Assembly (NCBI GenBank): GCA_964016885.1
Contig: OZ024742.1
Span: forward strand, 181,598,001 to 181,662,000
DNA: 64,000 nucleotides
Direction: 5' to 3'
From: Eledone cirrhosa
Taxonomy: Eukaryota
In this document: positions 44,410 to 57,107 of the stretch, in pieces
How the letters are laid out: each line of letters begins with the position of its first letter
How positions within the stretch are numbered: the first letter of the stretch is position 1
Translations under genes and position numbers: made by a program
The notes under the pieces: generated by a model
The model's database searches: none
Seen by the model: only the letters and a program-made list of their open reading frames with translations
Told to the model about the DNA's origin: nothing

Positions 44410-44890
44410 TCAGTCCACTCTGTAAGGTAGTCATGCTGGTGACACAAAAAACCTGCTAATCTACCCTGTAAGGTGCCCATATTGGTGACATGACAAAAAG
44501 TGCACCCAGTCCACCCTGTAATTTGGTCAAGTTAGTGACACAAGAAAAGGCACCCAGTAAAGTGGTTTGTGTTGTACCTGGGCAAAAAGCACCCCGCTCA
44601 ACCCTATAAAGTGGATATTTCACTGACATGAGAAAAAACACCCAATCCACCCTGTAAAGTGGTCCTGTTGGTGACATGACAAAACCACCCAGACGAACCT
44701 GACAGTTAGTCGTTTTGGTGCCACAATAAAAGGCCCCAAGTCCATGGTGTAAATGTGGTTGGTGTTAGGAAGAACATCCAGCCATAGAAACCAAATCAGA
44801 AACAATTCATCTGATCTGACTTGTCTCACAACAGGACTACTTGTCTAACACATGCTAGCATAGAAGAATGGACATTAAATGGTGATAATA
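44410..44890 (+). repeat. Diverged tandem array of a ~45-50 bp unit from the RTE/SINE 3' region, followed by the RTE-type tail
   Basis: About 7 units resembling cacccagtccaccctgtaaagtggtc...gtgacatgacaaaaag. Confidence 0.7.
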
Positions 44891-45270
44891 TATATCATCA
44901 TCATCACCGTTTAATGTCAATGTTCCATGCTGGCATGGGTTAGACAAGTTATCCAGTCGTGAGCAATACCAGGTCAGGTGACCATGTCCTGCACATGCAG
45001 AACCGATTTTGGCTGGGTTTCTACAGCTGGATGACCTTCATAGCATCAGCCTCATTTACAGTGAGTACTGGGTGCTTTTTGCCATGACACCTACATGACC
45101 ACTTTACAGTGTGGGCTGGAGGCTTCACTAGATGTATACTTCCACTTAAACTCATGGGATCATGGGAGATGTTTGAGAGTGGGCGGGGTGATATAAATAT
45201 GTGTATATAACATATATACATAAATATATATATAGAGAGAGAGAGATTTATATATTTATATATGTTGTGG

Positions 45271-45306
<36 letters not shown>

Positions 45307-45400
45307 ACAAGTATGACCCCGACGGCAGAGCTCAAGCCGTTTCGACGGCTAATTCTGGACTAAATAAGAATTTTTAGCCTGGTAAATAAATAGCCGAACT

Positions 45401-46942
45401 TCTCCAAAAGTTAAGCAAAATGCCAGACTTAGCCTATGGGTCAACACCCAGGAAGTAATCTCATGGTTCAGCAATATGGAGGACAAACGAGACACAAAAT
45501 TCATCTAGTTTGACATAGCGAGTTACTATGATTCAATTACCTTACCGCTCCTTACGGCCGCCTTGGAATTTGCCGAAACACTCACGCCCATCACCGACCA
45601 GGAATGAAATATCATCCACGCCAGGAAGACAGTCCTACTTTTCGACAACTCCAAATGGATAAAGAGCGCTCCTGACTCCCCCTTCGACGTCAGTATGGGC
45701 GCGACGGATTCGGCTGAGGTCACAGATCTTATAGGATTATTCCTACTACTTAAACTCACCGAAATGTTTCCTGTATTCGGCGGTGGATTGTACCGTGATG
45801 ATGGGCTTCTTACCCTCAAAGGGTACAACCACAATAGTACAGACCGGGTCCGTAAAGAATTAATCAGCTTCTTCCGCGACTGGGGATTTAAAATAACCCT
45901 ACAAACGTCCCTAACCCGAGTAAACTTCCTGGACGTTACCCGTAACCTCGACAACGATCTGTACTACCCATACAGGAAACCAAACGACAACCTGCATTAC
46001 ATCCACCGCCGGTCGAACCATTCTAGAAACATCACCAATAACCTGGTTAAAAACATCTCCCTCCGCATATCTCGTTTGTCCGCTAATGAGCAGATATTCG
46101 AGGAACATGCGCCTTATTACAACCAGACCCTCAAGCGGAGCAGCTTCCGGAAGGAAATATCCTATTATCCAGCTTCTATTAGCCGAACCAGCAGGCGATA
46201 CCGCCGCTCACGCAACGTAACGTGGTTCAATCCTCTCCACAATGCCGAGATGACAACACCTATCGGGAAAATCTTCTTTAGGCTCATCGAAAAACACTTC
46301 CCACTACAACACCGCTACCACAACATAATCAACAAAAACACCACCAAACTCTCCTACAGCACCACACCTAACTTTGCACAAAGCATCGTCTCCTCTAACA
46401 ACACAAAACTCAACCCCTATGGAAGAAATAACCTAGACAGCAGTGGAGAGCCGTCCAGGAGGTGCAACTGTCCTGATAGATCCCTTTGTCCCCTCAACAA
46501 CAGATGCCGAGATAATAATGTGATCTACCAGTGCAACGTGAGGACGGACACCTCCAACAAAGCTTATATAGGATTAACCGCTTGTGACTTCAAGACCCGG
46601 CTCTACCTACACAGACATACTTTCCGAAACCCGGCCCGGCGTCACGCCACTACACTTTCGGGCCACATCTGGGACCTCAAAGATAATAATATAACCTACA
46701 ATCTCACTTGGAGCTTACTGTCCAGAGCCAACTCTTACACGGGAGGACGCCTTCCGTGTAACTTATGCTCGGAGGAAACATTACAAATACTGTTTTCGAA
46801 GGACCAACTCCTAAACAAAAAAGACGAACTGGTAACTGTATGCAAGCACATATTGCGTAGGACTTACCTCACCCTCAAACCCCATAATGACCGGGGTAGA
46901 CAAGGGCTGAAACACCCCACTTGCCGACCTTGTAAGGGGTAA
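45401..46942 (+). pseudogene. PLE-1 RT + Cys finger + GIY-YIG ORF (5'-truncated, two in-frame stops before 45695)
   Basis: ...VISWF...FI*FDIASYY...FDVSMGATDSAEV...GLYRDDGL...VNFLDV...YRKPN...SNH...CNC..CPL..C..VIY..AYIGLT..FKTR..H..CNLC..E..LLNKK.E..CKH. Confidence 0.9.
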
Positions 46943-47989
46943 TCCCTGCTTACAAAGGTATACGTAACTTTTTTAAATATTTTTTATCTTTTCCTCTATA
47001 TTTCCTTCTTCCCCCCATCTCTTCCTAGTCCTTCCACCCCAGATCTCCTTCCTTGTCGTCTTTTTTTTCACCTTCTCGCCCACCCCGATGCAGCCCATCG
47101 GTCCTCTGTAGCCTCAGTACCCCCACCCCACTAACTTTAAGATAGAGTTGGCCGATTACGCTTTTTATAGCTGATGTGTTAGACCCCAGATACCTGCTTT
47201 CTTTCTGGTTGCTGCCACATTTCCGTGATTTCTAAATTTCTTAGTGGTATTTCTGCATTAGTTTCTTGTATATTAGTATGTATGTTTTGAGATTCTGAAT
47301 TAATATTTCGTATTAGTTTTTTATATATATTGTATTAGTATTGATGTATATTGTATTAGTATTTTTGTATTGCATTAATATTTATATATATTGTATTAGT
47401 ATTTATGTTTTGGTATTTTAAATTAATATTTCGTATTAGTTTTTTAGTGTGTTGGTTCTCAACTTATTAACTTGTCATTGTAAGATAGTATTGGCTGATT
47501 ACTACTAACTATAGTAGTGGTGTTAGACCCCTGTAATGATGGCTTTATAAAATTCTTTCACTACAATCTCGTATTTAGTATTCCTCTCCACCTATTAAGC
47601 TTTTCTATAGCTTAGCAATACCAATGAGAGATCTGGTGATTGTGGAAGGGGAGTAGTAACCAGAAATTGTTTTTTATATTTTTTATATATTTCCTCATTT
47701 TTATAATGGCTTTTTTGTTTACTCCCTTTCGTTTTACCTATTTTTTCACCCCCCCCTCCCATTCTCTAGTACACTTTTTTCGACCTTCTATACACTATCC
47801 TTAGAATCTGCTGTATAGATTTCAGTTTCAACGCTTGACTGGGTTTCCTCCACTCCCTCTCCATCTTTCTTCTACCGGCAAGTTCAGCTACTCCTACCTT
47901 ACACAAAATGCCATGATAGAATCATATGTCTTAACAACAAACTTTTGACCAATCCTTGTGACAATCACTTTTTTACCATATATGGAATT

Positions 47990-48085
47990 ACCCCCTGAGA
48001 AGTTCGGCTATTTATTTACCAGGCTAAAAATTCTTATTTAGTCCAGAATTAGCCGTCGAAACGGCTTGAGCTCTGCCGTCGGGGT
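47990..48085 (+). ncRNA. Type-I hammerhead ribozyme (variant core CUGAGAA, GUC site) in the PLE-1 pLTR
   Basis: acccc-CTGAGAA-g tt cggcta...tagccg tc-GAAA-cggc ttgagctct gccg-T-C-ggggt. Confidence 0.8.
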
Positions 48086-48284
48086 CATACTTGTTCCTAT
48101 TACCCACTCTACTACCCTAAGTATTGAGTACGTTGGTGCGTTATGGTCCATCTGGTTCCTTACCACATTTACTTCGTTATCTAACTCCTATTCCCGTAGT
48201 AGAGTACTTTCCAACCCTACCACGCCTTATCCAGACTTTTCCGCTAAGCTCAATTTCTTTCACCCGCACCATGCAAAACACAAC

Positions 48285-50393
48285 ATGGACTTCTCCACCA
48301 AGAACATCCCAGTCCCACCGAGAAAACTCTACCTTAGGAGGCTCACGCAAAAAATTGACCTCTTTGCGAAAAGACTAAGATGGAGAACTTTTTTCTACGA
48401 CAGATATTGCGACAATCAGGGCTTCGATACCAAGGAGAGATTCGGATTTAATACCTACAAATCGCCCCCTCCGAACCCTAAGCTCTCACTTTATGGGTTT
48501 AAAACATATAACCCTCCGAGTAACCCAGCATTATACCCTTCGAAAAGGATGTCTTGTAACTCATACAGAGAATCAAATTTGGAATAGGAGCAATTCCTTT
48601 CAGCAGGAATAAATTCGTTCTATTAAGGATTCTAATGCCGTGCACGTCCACTCCGACAAAACTGGCAATCCATATCAAGTGGGGCGCAGTACTTACCATC
48701 AACTGCTACATAATGCTGTAACTAAGGATTACCGTAAAACTAATAGGAGCGTCATTAATGAAATCAACGATGCTGGGTTTAAAATAACCTCTGATCGTAA
48801 TATCCTGGACCGGACTGAACCTCTGGACCCTATTTCTCCCCACTTTACCCTGAAGGATAACAAATCCAATTTTCCCAACAACCCCTCTATTCGGCTTATT
48901 AACCCTACGAAGTCCGATTTAGGTAGACTTAGTAAAAGGATTTTAGATAGAATTATACCTGAAATTAGAAGCTTGGCCCCTCTTGCACTGCGAAACAATT
49001 CTGTCGCGGTGATTGATTGGTTCAACAGCATATTCAACAAGGTACATTGCCGTGTTATCCAATTCGACATCAATAATTACTACTCCTCCAAAACTTTACC
49101 ACTTCTTCTTAGAGCTATCAATTTCGCTAAAACGCTCATAGTGGTTAAGGATTTCGAAGTTGATGTCATCCTCAATGCCAGTAAGTCGGTGATTAATTTC
49201 GACGACTCTATTTGGATTAAAAAATGTAATAGTACCCCATTCGACGTGAGTATGGGCACCAGTGATTCTGCGGAGGTTACTGATCTTATCGGCTTTTTCC
49301 TTCTTTTCTCTATCAAGGAAGAATTCCCCAACGTGAGCGGTGGTTTGTACCGTGATGACGGTCTTTTGACCATGATAAAGTGCGGCCCACGCGCTTGCGA
49401 CAGGTTCAGAAAAGAACTCCCAGCCTTCTTTAAAGGCTTCAACCTCTCCATACAGGTTGAGGTCAACCTCTCGGTCGTTAATTACCTCAACGTTACCCTC
49501 ACTACCCATATAGATAGCCGAATGATACGCTTAATTACATAAGTAAGCATTCTAACCATCCTACCAGCATAACCAAGAACCTGGTAAGTAACGTTTCTTT
49601 GAGGCTTTCCCGTCTAACTACAAACGAACATATTTTCACCGACCATTCCACATATTACAATGAAGCTCTCGTTCGGAGTGAATTTGTCGATAAGGTAGCA
49701 TATACCGAGTATGTGCATAGGCCTAGGAAAAATAGATCCCGACGCATTATATGGTATAACCTACCATATAATATGGAGGTGGCCACACCATTAGCTAAGA
49801 TCTTTCTCTCCCTTAAGAAGCATTTCCCCCAGCACATAAATATAATAATAATTTTAATAGAAATACCATTAAAATTTCTTACTCTACGTCTCCTAACTTT
49901 GCATATAACATCACTGCTTCAAATTTAGCTAAATTACCTAGCCGTCGGAACACGTGCAACCCTGTAGCTAGTACTAACTGTAATTGTAGGAATCGGATTG
50001 ACTGCCCCCTATCCGGGAAATGCCTCTCCAGTAATATAGTCTAGAAATGTAAGGTTGAAAAACCCACGTCCCGTAGGGCCTACATAGTGTTAAGCGCCAA
50101 TAGATTCAAGCAGCGTCTTTACATGCATACCCATTCTTTTCTTAACCCTTTAAGAAGGAATATGACGTCACTTTCAGCTTATATCTGGAGTCTAAAAGAG
50201 AACCACACCCAATATAGGTTACACTGGGAGATCCTAGCCAGGGCTAGATCGTATAACGGAAATAAAAGACCATGTGACCTCTGCGCCGCTGAAGCCCTGG
50301 AAATACTCTACGCCAATGACCACATCTTAAACAAAAAATCTGAGTCAATTTCGGCTTGTAAACATAAATTGCATAACACTTTCCTGTATTACA
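48285..50393 (+). pseudogene. Penelope-like (Naiad-type) near full-length ORF PLE-2, frameshifted and apparently chimeric
   Basis: MDFSTKNIP...RLRWRTFF; SDKTGN; TLKDNK..F; RLINPTKSDLG; QFDINNYY; GLYRDDGL; CNC..CPL..C; AYI; CDLC..E; ILNKKSE..CKH. Confidence 0.88.
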
Positions 50394-50508
50394 GCGTGTG
50401 GCGGAGTGGTTAGAGAATTGGATTCGCAATCGTAAGGTTGTGAGTTCGATTCCTGGACCAGGCGATGCGTTATGTCCTTGAGCAAGACACTTTATTTCAC
50501 GTTGCTCC
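50394..50508 (+). mobile_element. 5' part (tRNA head + core) of a SINE family 1 relative, fused to the end of the PLE-2 ORF
   Basis: tggcggagtgg, gagttcgattcc, gtccttgagcaagacactttatttcacgttgctcc. Confidence 0.75.
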
Positions 50509-51027
50509 TTCTACCTGGAGTTGCGACCGATAGATAGTATTAGCAATTGGAAAGACCAACGGAAACATTGTTCCCTCGGTCCGATTTGACGAAAGTCGAT
50601 CGATCCTTTTATTATACCCTAACGGATAGTACGAGCAATACGCGGATAATTTACGTCTTGATGTGGTAGCTAAGTATATTTTATGTTTATACCATTACTT
50701 ATTTGTATAGGTAAGTATATATTACCTGTATGTTTTGTGAAGGTACGTATACTTTCTCGTACGCATATTTGCTTGTATTTGTTATAGGTGTATATATTAT
50801 ATTATATATACTGGTACACGTGTATATGGTTATGTGTATACGTGTATTTTGCGTTTGAGTGTGTATGCGGGTTTGCACTATGTAGGGTCTGTGTATATGT
50901 GTACTTTGTGTTTTGGTTGACGTACGTTTAGCGAACATAGGTGTATTTACCTGTAGGTATGTGTGTGCGCACGTTATATACGTATTTATGTGTGTATATT
51001 TATATACGTTTATATAATTATATGTAT

Positions 51028-51119
<92 letters not shown>

Positions 51120-51372
51120 TTTTTATATATTTTTATGTGTATTTGGTGTATACGTTCGTATGTGTGCGGGTCCAGGCATTGCGTGGGTTTTTGTATGTGT
51201 GTGCGTGTCGTGTTTTTGTGTACGTGCTTGTATATGCATACCCATGGCGAGTGTTTTCGCGTATGTACGTATATGGATGCGTGCATGTATATATTTAATT
51301 ATTGTTGATTTCAATAACCTCTGTAATTTATTTACATTTTTCTTAACTCAGAAGCCGAGAATCATTCGGTTT

Positions 51373-51638
51373 CCTAAATAGAGTTTTCTTTCTACGACTT
51401 CATGTATACCATAAACGGGTTTTGTCTTTGCGTGTAATTGTTCTCACCGCGCCATATAATGACGTATTATCTTCGTTTTTTCCCGTTCATTGCCAGGGAA
51501 CGTCTCCACGAACCACCTAAATAGAATATTAGTCTACGACTTCTTTTGTCTTTGCGTGTAATTATTCTCACCGCTCCAAATAATGACGTATTATCTTCGT
51601 TTTTTTCGTTCATTGCCAGGGAACGTCTCCATGAACCA
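51373..51638. repeat. Imperfect tandem duplication (~120-140 bp unit)
   Basis: cctaaatag..tctacgacttc..ttttgtctttgcgtgtaatt...gccagggaacgtctcca.gaacca occurs twice. Confidence 0.9.
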
Positions 51639-51700
51639 AAGTATCGTCTTCATGTCTTCCTTCGGTTGCAACATTTTTCGAAATATTTACTTCTGCGTTC

Positions 51701-51776
51701 ACAGATTAATTTTTTTAGTTTCAGAAGATCACGTTAAGGGTGAAAGCAGCGATTCTTTGCTTAAACTTTAATCTGT
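51701..51776 (+). ncRNA. Type-I hammerhead-like motif, probably the pLTR of PLE-2
   Basis: acagattaa..agttt-CAGAAGA-tcacgttaagggt-GAAA-gcag cgattct ttgc-T-T-aaact ttaatctgt; U4>A change. Confidence 0.65.
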
Positions 51777-51787
51777 TATTTTTATAA

Positions 51788-51824
<37 letters not shown>

Positions 51825-51894
51825 CTTTCGGCGTATTCTTTTCCCTTTCTTAGAGGGTTCTAAACCCCACTATCAGGCTAAAATCTCTTTAGTA

Positions 51895-52687
51895 AAAAAA
51901 ATACATACTAGAATCATATAACATAGATGATAACTGGAATTTCTTACTTGACAACTTACTGCAGGCTACTGAAGAAACTTGCGGCTGGAGCAGAGCTCCG
52001 ACCAGGCAGAGAGTGACCTGGTGGTGGAACAGCACGGTTGATAGGGCCATTAGAGACAAAAGGCGATCATGGAACACTTGGAAAAATGATGGGAGTAGAG
52101 ACCGATACACAGCCGCTAAGAGGGAAGCTAGGCGTCAGGTGTACTAGCACGTAGGGAGGCTGAAAGTAGGAAGTTTGCCAATGTCCTACGACGGGAAAAT
52201 CAGAGATGTGCGGTGTTCCGCATTGCAAGGCAGTGTGTCAGTGTAAATCAGGATGTTGTTGGAGATAAATGTGTCTGGAATGATGCTGGTGTACTTAGTG
52301 TCAATAATGATCTGAAAAAGGATGCCTGGAAATGTTATTATGAGAGACTGATGAATGTGGAGAACGAATGGGAGAGAGACAAACTACCCCCAGTAGGCCC
52401 TAGAGAGAGACCAGCAATAGAAATTGACGAATATAGGGTCCAAGAGGCAATTAAGGAAATGAAAAATGGTAAGGCCACTGGACCGTCGGGGATAGTTGCT
52501 GATATGCTGAAGGTATCAGGAGAAGTCGGTACTAAACTGGTTGTACGCATCATCAATCAAGCTATATATGGCAGAGACATACCTAAAGACTGGTGCAGCA
52601 GTATTCTCATAAATTGCTACAAAGGTAAAGGGGATGCTCTGGAGAGGGGCAATTATAAAGGCATAAAACTGATGGATCAGGTTATGA
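51895..52687 (+). pseudogene. RTE family B internal fragment (linker + RT start)
   Basis: Homologous to 42143-42991; NCYKGKGDALERGNYKGIKL. Confidence 0.88.
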
Positions 52688-52864
52688 TCCATTTGAACTT
52701 GTTTATAGAATTCTTTTTGCCTTTGTCACTAAATATAAATTATAGTCTTAAAGTTTTTAATGAATTCCCTTTTCTTTCAACCAATGACCTCCACCCAACC
52801 CACTTCCCACCCCCTCCTACCACCTAAACAGATATAAATACCACAACATTTGTTTTGGAAAGCC

Positions 52865-52916
52865 AGATTCCTGATGGTTTTCTAAAGATTGAAACAGTTC
52901 TAGTCCTGTAGAATGT
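52865..52916 (+). ncRNA. Type-I hammerhead (A9>G)
   Basis: agattc-CTGATGG-ttttctaaagatt-GAAA-cag ttctagtc ctg-T-A-gaatgt. With the sister copy 60135-60185 (-) the consensus core is CTGATGA. Confidence 0.72.
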
Positions 52917-53026
52917 TTATCTCAAATTGGAATACACCGCCTAAGCGGGGGTTACCTCTCTTCGGACAACACTATGTGTCTGTGGCGACCTTTAAAGTCA
53001 CAGCATACCCGCTTTGGCTAAGAACG

Positions 53027-53152
53027 AAAGACTTGCTGAAGAAGTAAATCCTATGTTCTGTCGTCAAAAACCATTATATTGCAGACTCCTGCAATAGGAA
53101 TTTGTCGATCATGGATTTGCAGAAACTTAGCGCTGTCGCTGCGTGCGGTTTT
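53027..53152 (+). ncRNA. Type-I hammerhead with a long stem II (cleavage triplet now GUG)
   Basis: aaagacttg-CTGAAGA-a gtaaatcc...ggatttgc a-GAAA-cttagcg ctgt cgctgcg-T-G-cggtttt. Confidence 0.65.
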
Positions 53153-53428
53153 GCGATCAATATTGTGGAAACACCATGTGGATTGTATATTTTACACCCA
53201 GCCTCAGCGTTATGTCCAGGTCAGTAAAAAATCTTTACCTGGGTCCTGTATTTTCGTCGCTCTAGTGATGCGGTCGGACTGCCGACTGCTATATCTAATT
53301 TGCTAAGCTGTCTGAACATAATGTTATACTCTGGGGGTCTTACCTCATATGAGTGCTAAAGCTACAAACCGAATAAGCATACACGCTAGCTTGGCCGTAT
53401 ACTAGAGCTTCGTCTATGCTGTACTAAA

Positions 53429-53465
<37 letters not shown>

Positions 53466-53594
53466 TGGAAGTAGAAAATCTATGTAGATTGTAGATTCCC
53501 AATTTGTGTCGGGGGAAATGGGTAACCACAGTTAAAAAAGGCACCACTCAATACATAGGTAGAGTATAGGCATCTTTATTATATACATAGAAAT

Positions 53595-53636
53595 GACTTC
53601 GACAGGACTGGATCTGTTTCATTCATATGAAATCTT
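53595..53636 (-). ncRNA. 5'-truncated hammerhead, relative of the 52865/60135 family
   Basis: ..AAGA-tttcatatgaat-GAAA-cag atccagtc ctg-T-C-gaagtc; the 5' core is replaced by (TA)n. Confidence 0.55.
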
Positions 53637-54232
53637 ATATACATATATATAAGCATTGACTAGAATGCTTTGAAATCTTCATTGAAGGTCTCTCCTCAGC
53701 TTTCCATACTTTTGGAGTTGACAAGGCTGGTCTTTTGAATTACAAATACAACTCATTTTTGCCAGCTAAATCAACTGGAGCAGTATGAAATAAAATGTCT
53801 TAGACAAGAATACGTTGAATCAAGCTGACAACCTCATGATTGTGAGCCTACAGCCTAACCAATAAACTATATGCCTTCACTGCAAGCCTTGTAAATCCAC
53901 TGTTATGTTGTAACTATTACTTTGTATCTACTTGCTTTGTTTCACTGAGTGATATTGAGATGGAACAGCAAGCTGCCACTGCTGCTGCTGCTGCTGCTGC
54001 TTTTTCCCATCCTTGTTTTAATCAATGAGGATCTTCACAGAAATTTATGTAATCTAAATGATTTATTAATGAATAAACAGCAATAAACTATTCTCTTTTA
54101 TCACTGACTCGGCAAAGAGATTTTACTGTCCCCCATAAACACAACTGGTCTTAGAAAGTACCTCCCACTTCATTGGCATTGCCATTATAAATTTATCAAT
54201 AAATAAATATATCTGTGTGTATGTATATATAC

Positions 54233-54291
<59 letters not shown>

Positions 54292-54447
54292 GATAAATCT
54301 ACCAATTTTGTATAATTTTGTACATAGATCTGTTGAATATGCATGCCAATTCTAACACATATATATCCTAGAAACGATCGTTAAATAATGAACTTTTTTT
54401 TGTTTAATATAAGGAACTGTTTCATTGTTTTATTCATTATTTTTTTA

Positions 54448-54486
<39 letters not shown>

Positions 54487-54744
54487 GTGAGGGTGTGGTA
54501 AGATACCAGGTGGACCATAACGCATTAGAGTACTCATTACTTAGGGTAGTAGAGGTGGGTAATAGGAAAATAGTCAGGACCCCGACGGCTGAGCTCCGGC
54601 CTTTTCAACAGCTAGATAGGATCTAGCTGTCAAAACAGCCGGAGCTTAGACGTTTAGGTCTTGATTCCTTTCCTATATATATATAGCTGCTCGGAAAAAT
54701 CTTTCCTAGAGACTATTTCGAGTTTCTAACTCAATATATATCTT

Positions 54745-55287
<543 letters not shown>

Positions 55288-55342
55288 CACATACACACAC
55301 ACACACATATATCTCTCACGGAAGATTCTCTACTTCCACTAA

Positions 55343-56765
55343 TCATCTTCATCATTTTACGACCACTTTTCCCTGCTTGCAAGGGAGGAACGGGTCCTAT
55401 TCAGCACAACATCTCTCTACTTGTCATGGTCCTTTGACATCTCCTCTGTGATCTTCAGTGATCTGAGGTCCGCCCTCACCATCTCCGCCCATGTTTTTTG
55501 TGGTCTTCTTCTACTGTGTCTTCCTTCTACTGGGATTTCTTGGCACTTCTTTACCCAGCGGTCATCCTCCATGGGCATCACATATCCATACCATCACTGT
55601 CTTCTCTTCCGCACACTACAACTTATCTCTCTTATACACAGTTTCACTCTCAACTCGTCTATGCCTGATCGTTCACACACATTGACACTGCACATCCAAC
55701 GGATCATGCTTGCTTCATTTCTCTCCTGCCATCGCATATCCTCTGCAGTTGCTGCCCATGTCTCACTACCATGCAGCATCGCGCATCTCACACAGGCATC
55801 ATATAACCGGCCTTTCTTATGCAGGGAGAAACCCTTCTTTGTCAAAAGAGGAAGCAGCTCCATAAACTTCTTCCAACCCGTCCTTATTCTAGATACTATG
55901 GCCTCGGAACAACCCTCTCCAATGCTAATCTGATCACCTAGGTACCAGAAGCTATCAACCACTTCTATAGAACCTACCTGCATTTGAAAAATGTGTCTAT
56001 CACTGCGACTCCTACTGTCAAATTTCCCTGTATACCTAGTGCATACCTAGTTTTCCCTACCTGTTAGTTTGCCTGCTATCCGACAACATCTCATGTGTAC
56101 CCAAGATCTGCATTGTGTACATTTTATAGAATTTATGCCAGCTCCTTTTCTACATATCGAACATGGCCATTTCCCTGACAGAATCAGAGTTTTGTCCACT
56201 TTTCTAATTATCAACACTTTTGTCTTAGCTAGGTTCACTCTCAGCCCTCTTGATTCCAACCGCTTTTTTCATAGCCAGAATTTATTCTCTAGCTCCTCTA
56301 TTGATTCTGATATAAGAACCAAAAAGTCAGCACAGAGAAGTTCCCATGGACAGCCAGTCTTAAACTCCCCTGTTATGGCTTGGAGGAATATAATAAACAG
56401 AGGCGGGCTGAGGTCCAAACCCTGATGTAATCCTATTTGTATCTGGAATTCCTCACTAAACTCCATTCCTACCCTGACTTTACTGACAGCACCTCTGTAC
56501 ATAGCTTGCACTGTCCTCACAAGCCATTCCTCTACACCTAGTTTCTTTAGGGATTACCTGATGATAGATTGGGGTACCCTATCAAAGGCCTTCTCTAGGT
56601 CAACAAAAGCTAAGTATAGTGGCTTATTCTTTCTAAGAGCCTCTCTTGTAGTTGTCGCACTAAGAAGAGGGCATCTGTTGTACTTTTCTGAGGCACAAAA
56701 CAAAACTGCATCTCATCTAATTTGACCCTTTCTCTAATTAGTTCCGCTAATATTCTTTCTGCCAC
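55343..56765 (-). mobile_element. RTE family B, 5'-truncated and degenerate
   Basis: RT, PHD-like and C-terminal ORF pieces plus the family-B short 3' UTR. Confidence 0.9.
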
Positions 56766-57107
56766 TGACTGGGTTTCCTCCACTCCCTCTCCCTCTTTCT
56801 TCTACTGGCAAGTTCAGCTACCCCTACCTTCCACAAAATTCCATGATAGAATCATATGTCTTAACAACAAACTTTTGACCAATCCTTGTGACAATCACTT
56901 TTGCCATATATGGAATTACCCCCTGAGAAGTTCGGGTATTCATTTACCAGGCTAAAAATGTTTATTTAGTCCAGAATTAGCCGTCGAAACGGCTTTAGCT
57001 CAGCCGTCGGGGTCCTACTTGTTCCTATTACCCACTCTACTACCCTAAGTATTGAGTACTTTGGTGCGTTATGGTCCATCTGGTTCCCTACCACATTTCC
57101 TTCGTTA
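56766..57107 (+). mobile_element. PLE-1 family solo 3' end (3' UTR + pLTR with hammerhead 56918-57013 + tail)
   Basis: Near-identical to 47836-48180; ends in (TA)n. Confidence 0.9.

Larger units (their letters stand above)
45302..48180 (+). mobile_element. Penelope-like element PLE-1 (Naiad-type): inverted pLTR (45302-45404) + 5'-truncated ORF + 3' UTR + pLTR with hammerhead
   Basis: 45302-45404 is the reverse complement of 47997-48098; RT + GIY-YIG ORF; (TA)n left flank. Confidence 0.9.

Noticed and set aside
44410-44760. CRISPR-like periodic array
   Set aside because: These are diverged tandem units of the RTE/SINE 3' region, with no identical repeats, unique spacers or cas genes, in a eukaryotic context.
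45600-45612. In-frame TGA in the Naiad-type ORF as possible selenocysteine (some Naiads encode Sec)
   Set aside because: It is not at a conserved Cys, an in-frame TAG lies nearby, all finger cysteines in the three copies are TGY, and I could not identify a SECIS. Decay is more likely.
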